Origin: Candidatus Krumholzibacteriota bacterium
Lineage (GTDB): Bacteria; Krumholzibacteriota; Krumholzibacteriia; JAJRXK01
Reading direction: 5' to 3'
Assembly (NCBI GenBank): GCA_963806035.1
Contig: CAWDWO010000004.1
Span: forward strand, 1-64,000
Length of the DNA: 64,000 nucleotides
Shown: positions 45,499 to 54,977 of the stretch, piece by piece
How the letters are laid out: the number at the start of each line of letters is the position of its first letter
How positions within the stretch are numbered: position 1 is the stretch's first letter
Translations under genes and position numbers: made by a program
Notes under the pieces: model-generated
Seen by the model: only the letters and a program-made list of their open reading frames with translations
Told to the model about the DNA's origin: nothing
Database searches by the model: none

Positions 45499-46499
45499 TC
45501 TCCTCTCCTTCGGTCGCTGAAAAGGGGCTCCAGGAGCAACAAAAGCAGCGCGGCCGACAGGGGCCAGGCGTAGCGCTCCTGATACGAGGTAACCCGCGTC
45601 GCTTGATAAGCGCGACTCTGCAGGGAGTTCAAACCAGCGCTCAATCGGGCCAGGTCCAGGCCGCCACTCCCGGCTCGCACATAAATACCCCCGGTGTCCC
45701 GCGCGAGTTTCACCAGAGGTTCTTCCTTGAGATGGGTCATCACCACTTGCTGGTTCTCATCGCGCAGGAAACCCTGTCTCTGATGATGATCGTCGTAGAC
45801 GGGGATGGGCGCTCCCCCCGCGCTGCCCATGCCGATGGGAAACACCACGACCTGGGATTCCTGCAATTTACGCGTGATCTCGTCCAGACCGCCCGCGAAG
45901 TCCTCCCCGTCGGTCACCAGAATGACGGCCCGGTATCCCCCCTTTTCCTCCCGAAAGAGCTCGAGAGCGGTGCGCATGGCGGCTTCGATGTTCGTGCCCT
46001 GACTGCCGATCATGGTGGGATCGGCCTGGGACAAGAATAGCCGCGCCGCCGAGTAATCGACGGTGAGGGGACACTGGGGAAAGGCGGCGCCGGCGAAAAA
46101 GACGAGTCCCACGCGGTCCCCGTGAAGGCCGTCCATGAGGTCGGACAACTCTGCCTTGGCCCGCGCAAGACGGCTGGGTTTGATGTCCTCGGCCAGCATG
46201 GATTGTGAAATGTCCAAGGCAATCACCACATCGCTGCCCTTTTGTTCCACTTCCACCTTGTTGGCTCCCCACTGGGGCCGGGCTGCGGCCAGAATCAGCT
46301 GGGAGAGAACCAAGAGCAGTAGGGCCGCCCGGCCCATGCGACGCCGCTCCCTTCGACCCTGGACCAGCTTTCGTTCCAGCGAGGAGCCGGTGAACGCGAT
46401 GGTCCTGCGGCGAGCCGACTCGCGCGCGAAGTAGTAGATCAGCGCGAGCAGGGGCAAGACCCAAAAGAGCCAGAGAATTTCAGGATGCGCGAATCGCAC
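45495..46499 (-). CDS. batB: BatB-like VWA domain protein
   Basis: MRFAHP, ARPQWG, MIDAS DISQS, PLTVDY, TDGE. Confidence 0.9.
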   Translation of the reverse strand: MRFAHPEILWLFWVLPLLALIYYFARESARRRTIAFTGSSLERKLVQGRRERRRMGRAALLLLVLSQLILAAARPQWGANKVEVEQKGSDVVIALDISQSMLAEDIKPSRLARAKAELSDLMDGLHGDRVGLVFFAGAAFPQCPLTVDYSAARLFLSQADPTMIGSQGTNIEAAMRTALELFREEKGGYRAVILVTDGEDFAGGLDEITRKLQESQVVVFPIGMGSAGGAPIPVYDDHHQRQGFLRDENQQVVMTHLKEEPLVKLARDTGGIYVRAGSGGLDLARLSAGLNSLQSRAYQATRVTSYQERYAWPLSAALLLLLLEPLFSDRRRGE

Positions 46500-46508
46500 G
46501 GCTCTCTC

Positions 46509-47495
46509 CTAGGGCAAGACGCGATAAACGGTGGCCGAGAGAATCAGCTCCAGCAACAAGAGCGCGATGGCCGGCAAGAGGAAGAGACTCGCCAGCTGCC
46601 GGTAGTCGGTGTAGATCGTCGTCTCCACCTTGCTCTTCTCCAGCGAATCGATGACCTCGAAGATCTGAGCGAGGCTCTCGCCGCTTCGAGCACGGAAATA
46701 CTGACCGCCCGTCTGCTTGGAGATCTTTCGCAGCAGGGCTTCATCGATCTGGGTCTTGATCTGCGTGTAGCGTCGACCGAGCACGGGATGATCCACCGGA
46801 TACGGGGCGGTACCTTCTTTTCCTATGCCGATGGAGTAGATTTTCACTCCCAGACTCCGCGCCGCTTCGGCCGCCGTGCTGGGATCGACGGTGGGCACGT
46901 TGTTCACACCGTCGGTCAGGAGTATGAGAATACGGCTCTTGGCATCACTGCGGGCCAGACGCTTCACCCCGGTGGCGATGCCCAGTCCGATCGCGGTTCC
47001 GTCCTCGATGAGACCCACCTGTACCTCGTCCAGGAAACGTTTCAATACCCCGTAATCCAGGGTGAGGGGGCATTGCGTGAAGGCCTTGGCCGCGAAGACT
47101 ACCAGTCCGATGCGATCCTGTTTGCGTCCGTCGATGAACTTGCGGATGACGTCCTTGGCCACGGCCAAGCGATCATCGGGCTGAAAGTCCAGGGCTCGCA
47201 TGCTTCCGCTGATGTCCAAAACCAGGCAGATGTCGATCCCCTTGCCCTCGATGACCTGGGTGTGATTCGCGATGACTGGTCGCGCCAGGGCTCCCACGGC
47301 CAGCGTGACCGCCAGCAGTCGCAGGGCGAAGGGGAGCCCACTGGTTTTGGCGCGACGCCCCGCGGGGAGGGAAGAAAACAGGGAGAGTCCGCTGTAGCTG
47401 ATGGTGGCCCTGCGCCCGGCGAAGCGGCGCAGAAACCACAGGAGGAACCACGCAATCGGAATCAAGACGAGGAGCCAGGGATGCAGGAAACTCAT
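46509..47495 (-). CDS. batA: BatA-like VWA domain protein
   Basis: MSFLHPW, LARP, DISGSM, PLTLD, GTAIG, LTDGVNN, TGGQYFRA. Confidence 0.92.
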   Translation of the reverse strand: MSFLHPWLLVLIPIAWFLLWFLRRFAGRRATISYSGLSLFSSLPAGRRAKTSGLPFALRLLAVTLAVGALARPVIANHTQVIEGKGIDICLVLDISGSMRALDFQPDDRLAVAKDVIRKFIDGRKQDRIGLVVFAAKAFTQCPLTLDYGVLKRFLDEVQVGLIEDGTAIGLGIATGVKRLARSDAKSRILILLTDGVNNVPTVDPSTAAEAARSLGVKIYSIGIGKEGTAPYPVDHPVLGRRYTQIKTQIDEALLRKISKQTGGQYFRARSGESLAQIFEVIDSLEKSKVETTIYTDYRQLASLFLLPAIALLLLELILSATVYRVLP

Positions 47496-48352
47496 CCGCC
47501 TACCTCCTGCAGCTTGACCAGAGCCCGCACGCTCTCTTGCGTGGTGTAGACGGGCTCGACTTTCGTGTCGTGAATGAATGTCCGGGCTGCTTCGAGCCAC
47601 TCCCTGGCCTGGTGCTCGGTGGGACGACCGCGAGCGAACTTGATTTCGTCCGCCTGCTGCAAAAGCTCGAGCGCGCTGATGAACAACTCCTGCTGGTATC
47701 CGGCGGCGAGGAGGCGATCCTTCATCTCGTTGACGGTCCAATCCAGCGCCGGAACGCGGAATCTGCCCGCGAGATAGGCCCGCAGAGCATGGCTCACCGC
47801 CACGTAATAGGCGTCGAATTCACCATCGCGAAGCAGTTGCGAATCCTCGATCTCTTGCAGCTTGCGCAGCGCAGTGATGTGCGCCGCTTCCGCCAAGAGA
47901 GGGAAGGCCGCGACCGGAGTCTTCCCACGGCCCAGCCAGCGAAAAGCCAGATACGCCAGTGGACTCAAGAGAAGCAGGATCGCGGCGATGGTGGGCCACC
48001 AGGTGGGCCGCAGGATTCCGATGCTCTGCAGAGGCCGGGGCGCGGGCAGAGAGTCGGGATCCATGGTGGCGGGAACCGCGAAGAACAGAGTGTCGCTGCT
48101 CCCGGGAAGGGTCGTCCCCACCATTCCCACCTGCAGGGGAATCAGGGTGAAGCGTTTGGGATCTTCGGTGGGCCGTATCGCAGCGTGAATTCCGATGGGG
48201 AATTCGCTGCTATCCTTGGCCGCGTGATCGAGGGTGAGGGTCGCGCGCTCGCCGAGATGAGGGACGGGAGGATCCAGGCGCATCTCTTCTTTGCCGGCGG
48301 CGCCGAGCACGATGGAAAGCAGCACCAGGAGAAGCGAAGGCATCCTCTTCAT
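47492..48352 (-). CDS. Conserved bat-operon membrane protein
   Basis: Signal peptide, single TM segment, LRAYL..RF, ADEIKFA motif. Confidence 0.75.
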   Translation of the reverse strand: MKRMPSLLLVLLSIVLGAAGKEEMRLDPPVPHLGERATLTLDHAAKDSSEFPIGIHAAIRPTEDPKRFTLIPLQVGMVGTTLPGSSDTLFFAVPATMDPDSLPAPRPLQSIGILRPTWWPTIAAILLLLSPLAYLAFRWLGRGKTPVAAFPLLAEAAHITALRKLQEIEDSQLLRDGEFDAYYVAVSHALRAYLAGRFRVPALDWTVNEMKDRLLAAGYQQELFISALELLQQADEIKFARGRPTEHQAREWLEAARTFIHDTKVEPVYTTQESVRALVKLQEVGG

Positions 48353-49266
48353 CAGCGTCGCTTTCCCCGTCGCGCGAAGAAACGCAGGAGCGGATCGATC
48401 ACCGGTTGGGTCACGTCGATCTCGATGAGATCGCAGCCCGCGCGCCGCAGACCTCGCTTGACCTCCTGTTGTCGATCGCGAGCCCGCTCCGCGAACTTGG
48501 AGCGGAGATTGGCGTCGGAAGAGTCCACCAGCAGAAGTTCTCCGGTCTCCGCATCCTCGACCTGGATGAGTCCGACCGCAGGAATCTCGCGCTCGCGCGG
48601 ATCCACCAAATGGATCGCGGTGAGATCGTGGCGCCTTGCCGAAACCAAGAGGTCCTTCTCGTAATCACGCGCCAAGAAGTCGCTCATCAGAAAACACACG
48701 GCCTTGCGCTTTTGAACCCTATTGAGGGTCTGCAAGGCCACGCGTAAATCGGTGCCCTTCGCACTGGGCTCGAAGTACAGCAGTTCGCGGAGCAATCTGA
48801 GGGCGTGGCGCCGCCCCTTGGCCGGCGGCACGTACAATTCGACTTTGTCGCTGAAGAGAATCAGGCCGACCTTGTCCCCGTTGCTGACGGCCGAGAACGC
48901 GAGGAGGGCTCCCATCTCGGCCAGCACCGCGCCCTTGCTGCGGCGTCCGCTGCCGAAGCCCTCCGAGGCCGAAAGGTCGGCGAGCAGGAGGATGGTCAGC
49001 TCTCGCTCCTCCTCGAACTGCTTCACGAAGGGTGAACCCTGACGCGCGGTCACGTTCCAGTCGATCGAACGCACGTCGTCCCCTGGTTCGTACTCCCTCA
49101 CCTCCCGGAACTCGACGCCTCTTCCCTTGAAGACGGAGTGGTACTCCCCGCCAAAGAGTTCTTCGACGGTACGGCGCGTACGGATCTCGAGCCGCCGCAC
49201 CTGGTCGAGCAAGTCGGCGGGAATCCCACTGCCACGAGCTTTCGTGTCGGGCGAATTCCGCTCCAC
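48352..49266 (-). CDS. DUF58 domain protein
   Basis: GEYHSVFKGRGVEF, REYEPGDDVRSIDWNVTAR, SDF. Confidence 0.93.
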   Translation of the reverse strand: MERNSPDTKARGSGIPADLLDQVRRLEIRTRRTVEELFGGEYHSVFKGRGVEFREVREYEPGDDVRSIDWNVTARQGSPFVKQFEEERELTILLLADLSASEGFGSGRRSKGAVLAEMGALLAFSAVSNGDKVGLILFSDKVELYVPPAKGRRHALRLLRELLYFEPSAKGTDLRVALQTLNRVQKRKAVCFLMSDFLARDYEKDLLVSARRHDLTAIHLVDPREREIPAVGLIQVEDAETGELLLVDSSDANLRSKFAERARDRQQEVKRGLRRAGCDLIEIDVTQPVIDPLLRFFARRGKRR

Positions 49267-49284
49267 CTTGAGGTCCTGTCCTGC

Positions 49285-50271
49285 CTAGGGTACTTCGATG
49301 TGATCGAACAGCGAGCGAACGATGTCCTCACTGGTGAGCTCCTCCGCCTCCGCTTCGTAGCTCACCGAAATGCGGTGCCTGAGCACCGAGGGGCCCACCG
49401 TCTTGACATCTTCGGGAGTCACGAAGCCCCGACCGCGCAGGAAGGCGTGAGCCTTGGCGGCCCGCGCGAGGTAAATCGAAGCGCGCGGGCTGGCACCATA
49501 GGAAATCAGCGCGGAGAGCGAGAGGTTGTATTCCTTGGGATCGCGACTCGCCCTCACGATGTCCAGGATGTACTCCTTGATCTTGTCGTCCAGATAGATG
49601 GTTTGAACCAGCTCTCGCGCCTTTAGAAGTTGCTCGCGCTGCAACACCGGCTGAATCTGCGGCGGATCGGCACCCACCATGAGGTCCATGATCCGCCGCT
49701 CCTCATCGCGCTTGGGATAGTCCACCAGAATCTTGAGCATGAAGCGATCGACCTGAGCTTCGGGAAGAGGATAGGTCCCCTCCTGCTCGATCGGATTCTG
49801 GGTAGCGAGAACCAGGAAGGGCTCTTCCAACTTGTATGTCGTCTCGCCGAGGGTGACCTGGAGCTCCTGCATCGACTCTAGCAGTGCCGACTGCACTTTT
49901 GCCGGAGCGCGATTGATCTCGTCCGCCAGGATGACGTGCGAGAAGATGGGTCCCTTCTTCACCGTGAACTCGCCGCGCTTCTGGTCGAAAATCAGCGTGC
50001 CCAAGAGGTCGGCGGGCAAGAGATCGGGAGTGAACTGAATTCTTTGAAAATCGGTGCCCAGCGACGCAGCCAGAGAGCGCACCGCCAGAGTCTTCGCCAG
50101 TCCGGGAACCCCTTCGAGCAGGATGTGTCCTCCGGTGAGCAAACCGAGCAAGAGCCCCTCGATCATCGTCCTCTGCCCGACGACCGCCCGCCCCACCTGG
50201 TCCATGACTTCCTGCACGAAAACGCTTTCGGATTCGACCCTTGATTGGATCTCCTTTACCTGATTATCCAC
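49285..50271 (-). CDS. moxR: MoxR-family AAA+ ATPase
   Basis: EGVPGLAKT, RIQFTPDLLPAD, DEINRA, ATQNPIEQEGTYPLPEAQVDRF. Confidence 0.96.
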   Translation of the reverse strand: MDNQVKEIQSRVESESVFVQEVMDQVGRAVVGQRTMIEGLLLGLLTGGHILLEGVPGLAKTLAVRSLAASLGTDFQRIQFTPDLLPADLLGTLIFDQKRGEFTVKKGPIFSHVILADEINRAPAKVQSALLESMQELQVTLGETTYKLEEPFLVLATQNPIEQEGTYPLPEAQVDRFMLKILVDYPKRDEERRIMDLMVGADPPQIQPVLQREQLLKARELVQTIYLDDKIKEYILDIVRASRDPKEYNLSLSALISYGASPRASIYLARAAKAHAFLRGRGFVTPEDVKTVGPSVLRHRISVSYEAEAEELTSEDIVRSLFDHIEVP

Positions 50272-50324
50272 CTTGAGAGCGCCTCCACTGGCTGTGAGAG
50301 TAAAGCGACGAGGGACCGAAGCTA

Positions 50325-50350
50325 TACGTCCCCACGATCGCTGAGGTTCC
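50325..50350 (-). promoter_or_regulatory. ECF-type promoter upstream of moxR
   Basis: GGAACC-TCAGCGATCGTGGGGA(16)-CGTA about 55 nt upstream of the moxR start. Confidence 0.55.
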
Positions 50351-50477
50351 GATTGCCGGAGAGGACGAATTGGGACCTGACGATCCGAATCGTCTCTGGA
50401 ACTACCGCCGCTCAGGGTGGTACTCTAAGCTTCGAATTGCGCGTCGGCAACGTCTGCCGGCCCAGAGGAGCCCCTGC

Positions 50478-50759
50478 ATGCGTATGAGACCCGAGAAAAT
50501 CCAGGATCTCGCCTCCAAAGTGGTGGAGATGCTGCGCGAGGACCCGCGCGTCGAACTCCACGCCACCGAGAACGCGATCCGGGTTGCGATCGGCAGTGCG
50601 ATCCGTGACGATCTGCAAGAAGAGGACGAAATCGACCGCGAGGTGGAAGAACTCCTCAGTCGCCACGCGCGCGAAATCGAAAAGGAAGACATGGACTTGA
50701 GCGAGCTGCGCCTCAAGTTCAAGAGGCAGATCGCCAAGCAGCGCGGCTTCATCATTTGA
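50478..50759 (+). CDS. DUF507 family protein
   Basis: MRMRPEKI...EDEIDREV...KRQIAKQRGFII. Confidence 0.8.
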   Translation: MRMRPEKIQDLASKVVEMLREDPRVELHATENAIRVAIGSAIRDDLQEEDEIDREVEELLSRHAREIEKEDMDLSELRLKFKRQIAKQRGFII

Positions 50760-50767
50760 GGGTGTCC

Positions 50768-51052
50768 ATGCGGTTCAGCGAAGAAAGAATCGAGAAGATC
50801 GCCAGCGACATCGTCGACCGGCTCGCCGAGGAAGAATTGGTGGATCTTTTGATCGACGAAGAAGAGTTGGCCCATCTGATCGGCGCTCTCCTCCTCTCGG
50901 ATCTCGAGATGGAAAACAAGATCCGTCGCGAAGCCATCGAATGGCTGCAACGCAATCGTCCGCATCTCGAACCAGGGACCGACGCCTGGTCGATCGAGCT
51001 GGAGAGGAAACTGGAAGATCTCGCCATCTCCAAAGCCTACGTGCTTCCCTAG
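50768..51052 (+). CDS. DUF507 family protein (second copy)
   Basis: MRFSEERIEKIA...PGTDAWSIE. Confidence 0.75.
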   Translation: MRFSEERIEKIASDIVDRLAEEELVDLLIDEEELAHLIGALLLSDLEMENKIRREAIEWLQRNRPHLEPGTDAWSIELERKLEDLAISKAYVLP

Positions 51053-51066
51053 GCAACGAAGGCTCA

Positions 51067-52317
51067 ATGCGCATCCTCTTCGTCTCGCCCTATCTCCCCC
51101 ACGGCGCCATCGGGCACGGCGGCGGCACGGTCATTTTCGAACTCTTGCGGTGTCTCGCCCGCAGCCACGAGATCTGTCTGCTCTGTTTCCAACGCGAAGG
51201 GGAGCGGGGCAAGGAGCGTGAACTCGTCGAGGCCGGAGTCAAAGTGGAACTCATCCCCTACCGCTCCGGCGAGGACAGGGGGCTCAAGAGAGTATTTACC
51301 GTTCTGGATCGCACACTGCGAATCCTGTTTTCCGCGTTCAGCGGCCGGCCCTACCGTTCGGTGCGGTATTCCCACCGGGGGATGAAACAGCGTTTGCTTC
51401 GCCTCGTGCGCGAATGGGGGCCGGATGCGGTGCAGGTGGAGTTCTTCGCCATGGCGCCCTATGCACGAGAGATCCTGCGGTACAAAGCCGAGGCTTCAGG
51501 GGAAGGTCCCCTGGTGGTCCTGAGCACGCACGAAGTCGAGAGCTTGGTGCGACTCCGCCGTCTGATGGACGCCAAGAACTGGCTGTCACGCAGTATCGCT
51601 TCGCTGCGACTGAGGCGCATTCGTCGCTACGAATGCAGGGCGATCGGCTGGGCGGATCGCGTGCTTTGTGTTTCCGAGCAGGACCGCCAAGTTCTGCTTG
51701 GTCTCAGCGGCTCGAATCGGCTCTTCACCCTGCCCCTGGGAGTGCCCCTCGCGCGGTTGCCCGAAGCGCTTCCGAATTTCGATGCTCCGCCGCGGATCCT
51801 TTTCGTGGGGAGCTTCGCGCATCCTCCCAATCGGCAGGCCGCCGACTTCATCGTGAAGGAACTGGTTCCCGCGTTGCGCAGGGAACAGCCCGCGCTGGTT
51901 TGTGAAATCGTGGGAAGAAACCCGCCCGCCGATCTGCGGGCCGCGGCGGAGGCCAGCCGGGGTGCAGTGATGATCCATGGATTCGTTCCCGAGCTCGAGC
52001 CCGTCTTCGCCCGGGCCTGGCTCTTCGTGGCTCCGTTGTTTTCCGGCGGAGGGATCAAGATCAAGATTCTCGAAGCCCTGGGCCGCGGATCGCCGGTGCT
52101 CACCACGCCCATTGGTCTGGACGGAATTGACGCGCCGGTGGGAGAGGCCGTGGGCTGCGCGGGCGATGCCGCGCAATTCATCCAGCAGTGCGGCAGCCTC
52201 CTGTCCCGTCCGGAGCTTCTCTCCTCGTGGGGACGCAAGGGACGCGAGTATATCGCCCACAACCACGACTGGCCCCTCTTGGCTGACAGACTCTGTAAGA
52301 TCCTGGCCGAAGAATGA
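51067..52317 (+). CDS. Glycosyltransferase family 4 (GT-B)
   Basis: MRILFVSPYLP, FVGSFAHPPN, VAPLFSGGGIKIKILEA. Confidence 0.9.
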   Translation: MRILFVSPYLPHGAIGHGGGTVIFELLRCLARSHEICLLCFQREGERGKERELVEAGVKVELIPYRSGEDRGLKRVFTVLDRTLRILFSAFSGRPYRSVRYSHRGMKQRLLRLVREWGPDAVQVEFFAMAPYAREILRYKAEASGEGPLVVLSTHEVESLVRLRRLMDAKNWLSRSIASLRLRRIRRYECRAIGWADRVLCVSEQDRQVLLGLSGSNRLFTLPLGVPLARLPEALPNFDAPPRILFVGSFAHPPNRQAADFIVKELVPALRREQPALVCEIVGRNPPADLRAAAEASRGAVMIHGFVPELEPVFARAWLFVAPLFSGGGIKIKILEALGRGSPVLTTPIGLDGIDAPVGEAVGCAGDAAQFIQQCGSLLSRPELLSSWGRKGREYIAHNHDWPLLADRLCKILAEE

Positions 52318-52347
52318 AAAGGGGCCGGCTCCCTCCGTGCCGGCCCC
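52316..52347 (-). terminator. Intrinsic terminator for TolB-like gene
   Basis: GGGGCCGGC/GCCGGCCCC stem; U-tract on the minus strand (AAAA at 52317-52320). Confidence 0.6.
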
Positions 52348-52381
52348 CCGAGTTTTGCGACGAAAGAGAAGCGCTCGGCGA

Positions 52382-53617
52382 CTACTGCTGGAAGTCGTAG
52401 TCGAGCCAGATGTCGTTGCGCTGCCCCTTGAAAGCCTCGATCGGACTGTCTGCCGAAGCGTAGACCAGCCGGTTGGAACTGTTGGGATCGTAGGAAGGAT
52501 TGACTTCGTCCTGGCGCGTGAACACCAGCTCGCGCTGGTTGCTTCCATCGCCGTCCATGATCCACAGCGAGCGATCCCGCAGCGAAGTGGTCATGTTCCT
52601 GCGCGTGCTCACGAAGACGATCGACCCGCCGTCGGGAGACCAGGTGGGATCGAAGTTCTCTTCGGGGAGGAAACTGGGGCCGATCCCATCGTTGTTGGCG
52701 AAGGTGAGGCGCCGCATGTTGAGATCCAGTACGGCTCCGGGTGCATCCGGATCGAAGTCGATCAAGTAGAGATCGCGTCCGTTCGTGCCGCCAACCCCAC
52801 GATTGGAGGTGAAGACGATCGTGCGGCCGCTGGGAGCCCAGGCGCAGTCCCCTTCCTTGGAAGACCCCGAGGTGAGCTGGTAGACTTCTTCGGTGTTCAC
52901 GTTCATGGCGAACACGGCCTGGGGTTCGAAGACGTCGGGAATGGGAGGAACCGCGGTGGCACTGCCCGGCTTATAGTAGTAGCGGCTGAAGAGCAGCCAC
53001 TGACCGTCGTGGGACCAGGCGGGATCGTTGAAGAAGTATTCTTTGCCTTGCGGGTTGCCGATGAAGTGAGCGCTCGTCACCGGGACCGCGTCGCTCTGCG
53101 AAAGATCCACGTCACAGAGGTAGATGCGGTCACGGCGATCGGAGTTCTGGATGACCACTGCGAACTGCGAGCCGTTCGTGGGATTCCAGACCGGCTGTGA
53201 CTTGCCCCGGATGTTGGGATCGAACTGCACCGTGCCGCCGGTGGAGAGGTCCGAAGTCAGAGTTCCAAAAACCACTTTGCGAAACGCGGCCTCGGTCAGC
53301 GTATCGGGCATGCTGGTCGTCGGATACGGCCTCAGGTTGCTGGGGATGTTGATGACCGCAATGTCCCGCGCGTTCTTGTCGTCGTCGATCTCGGGATCGA
53401 AGGGCCAATCGGTCGAAAAAATGACGGTGAATCCATCCGGATTGAGCGAGGGCTCGCGATGAAAAATCGTTGCGGTGTCTGCAGTGACGATCAACTGGAT
53501 TCCGGGTTGAGTGAACGTTTCTTCCGTGGTATCCGCGCAGCCGCTTGCAAACCAGGCCACTGCCGCCCCCAAGACAAGACACACGCCGAGACGCCCCAAG
53601 CGCTCCGCTCTCCACAT
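52382..53617 (-). CDS. TolB-like (PD40 beta-propeller) lipoprotein
   Basis: Lipobox ASGC; PAWSHDG, AWAPSG, PTWSPDG repeats. Confidence 0.82.
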   Translation of the reverse strand: MWRAERLGRLGVCLVLGAAVAWFASGCADTTEETFTQPGIQLIVTADTATIFHREPSLNPDGFTVIFSTDWPFDPEIDDDKNARDIAVINIPSNLRPYPTTSMPDTLTEAAFRKVVFGTLTSDLSTGGTVQFDPNIRGKSQPVWNPTNGSQFAVVIQNSDRRDRIYLCDVDLSQSDAVPVTSAHFIGNPQGKEYFFNDPAWSHDGQWLLFSRYYYKPGSATAVPPIPDVFEPQAVFAMNVNTEEVYQLTSGSSKEGDCAWAPSGRTIVFTSNRGVGGTNGRDLYLIDFDPDAPGAVLDLNMRRLTFANNDGIGPSFLPEENFDPTWSPDGGSIVFVSTRRNMTTSLRDRSLWIMDGDGSNQRELVFTRQDEVNPSYDPNSSNRLVYASADSPIEAFKGQRNDIWLDYDFQQ

Positions 53618-53732
53618 AGTGGCTCTCCATCTTTGCTGAAGTGGTACGGGACGCACCTTCGCGTCCCAATCCGCCAAAAGGCACTACAAATTAAGGGAAT
53701 GCGGCCATACTTGTAAACCCGTAGCTAGAACT

Positions 53733-54923
53733 CTATCCCGCTTGTTCGAGATTGGACTTGGCCAGGGCGTTTTCCGGGTCCTTTTCCAGGATTTGACGCC
53801 AGATCCGCTTGGCCTCCTCCTTCTTGCCCAGCTCGAGCAGAATCACCGCCTGCAGGTTTGCCAGATTCAGGTCCTCCGGATCCAGTTCCACCCCCTTGCG
53901 AGCCGCCTCCAGGGCCCGGGGCAACTCACCTCTCTCCCGCCGCGTCATGGCGACCACCCCCCAGCTCTGAGCGAGCTGAGGCGGGTGACGCCGGGCCAGA
54001 GCCTCGATCGAATCCGCTTGTGCCAAGCTCTGCCAGGCCAGCAGGAGGTTGTAGAGCGACTTTTGAGGCGGCTGCTTCCCCGCCACCGCCATCCGCAGCC
54101 AGGGCACGGCCTCCTTGGCCTTCCCCTGAGCCAGGAGGAGACTTCCCGCCGCGGCCGCGCAATCCAGGGCGGTGCTGTCGCGCCCCGCGCAGCGCTCGTA
54201 CCAGGAGATCGCCGCATCTTTTGAGTTGGCACGAACGAGTTCGGCCAGCCGCCGGGCCGTGTCGGCGCCGGGATGCTCCTTCTCGAGCTGCGTCCACAGC
54301 TTCCACGCTTGGGTGGTGTCCTGGCTCGCGTCGGCCAGCCGGGCCCGCTGACGCAGCACCCGCAAGTCGTCGGGAGCCATGCGCCGCGCCACCTCCAACT
54401 GTTCCTTCGCCTCGGCGAGGCGATGATAGTCCAGGTAGCCGGCTCCCAGGGCGAGCCTCGGTTCCAGCTCCTGGGGAGCAAGCTCCACCGCGCGTCGATA
54501 TTCCGCCATGGCGCGGCCGGTGCGGCCCAAGGCCTGCAGAGACTTGGCCAGATTCATGTGCAATTCGTAGAGAGAATCTTCGGCGCGGAGTCCTTCCTCG
54601 TAGGCCGCGACCGCCTCGCGATGCCGCGCGAGCTGCGCCAACACCAGGCCGCGGAGATTCCACAAGCGGGGCGTGGTGTCCTTGCTTCGCAGCGAGTCCT
54701 CGAAGACGCTGAGGACTCGCGCGTAGTGCCCCGCCTCGAACTGGGCGGTGAGCCGCGCCAGAAGTGCCTCCCGCGCGCGGGCCGCATCGTAACGGTCACC
54801 CGCGAAGCCCGCCCCCGCCATGAAGAAAAGGAGAAAGCTGAGCGCGCCCAGGCCAAAGACCCAAGGGCGGCCGAAGGGCGCACGCCGGCCCGGTTTGACC
54901 CTCGCTGAGCGACTCGTGTACAC
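53733..54923 (-). CDS. Tetratricopeptide repeat protein, exported
   Basis: N-terminal hydrophobic segment; multiple TPRs (LEKDPENALAKSNL). Confidence 0.8.
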   Translation of the reverse strand: MYTSRSARVKPGRRAPFGRPWVFGLGALSFLLFFMAGAGFAGDRYDAARAREALLARLTAQFEAGHYARVLSVFEDSLRSKDTTPRLWNLRGLVLAQLARHREAVAAYEEGLRAEDSLYELHMNLAKSLQALGRTGRAMAEYRRAVELAPQELEPRLALGAGYLDYHRLAEAKEQLEVARRMAPDDLRVLRQRARLADASQDTTQAWKLWTQLEKEHPGADTARRLAELVRANSKDAAISWYERCAGRDSTALDCAAAAGSLLLAQGKAKEAVPWLRMAVAGKQPPQKSLYNLLLAWQSLAQADSIEALARRHPPQLAQSWGVVAMTRRERGELPRALEAARKGVELDPEDLNLANLQAVILLELGKKEEAKRIWRQILEKDPENALAKSNLEQAG

Positions 54924-54977
54924 TCAGTGTGTCTCCTCTCTCAGAATTCGGGGAGAACTCAAATCGCGGTCCATTCC

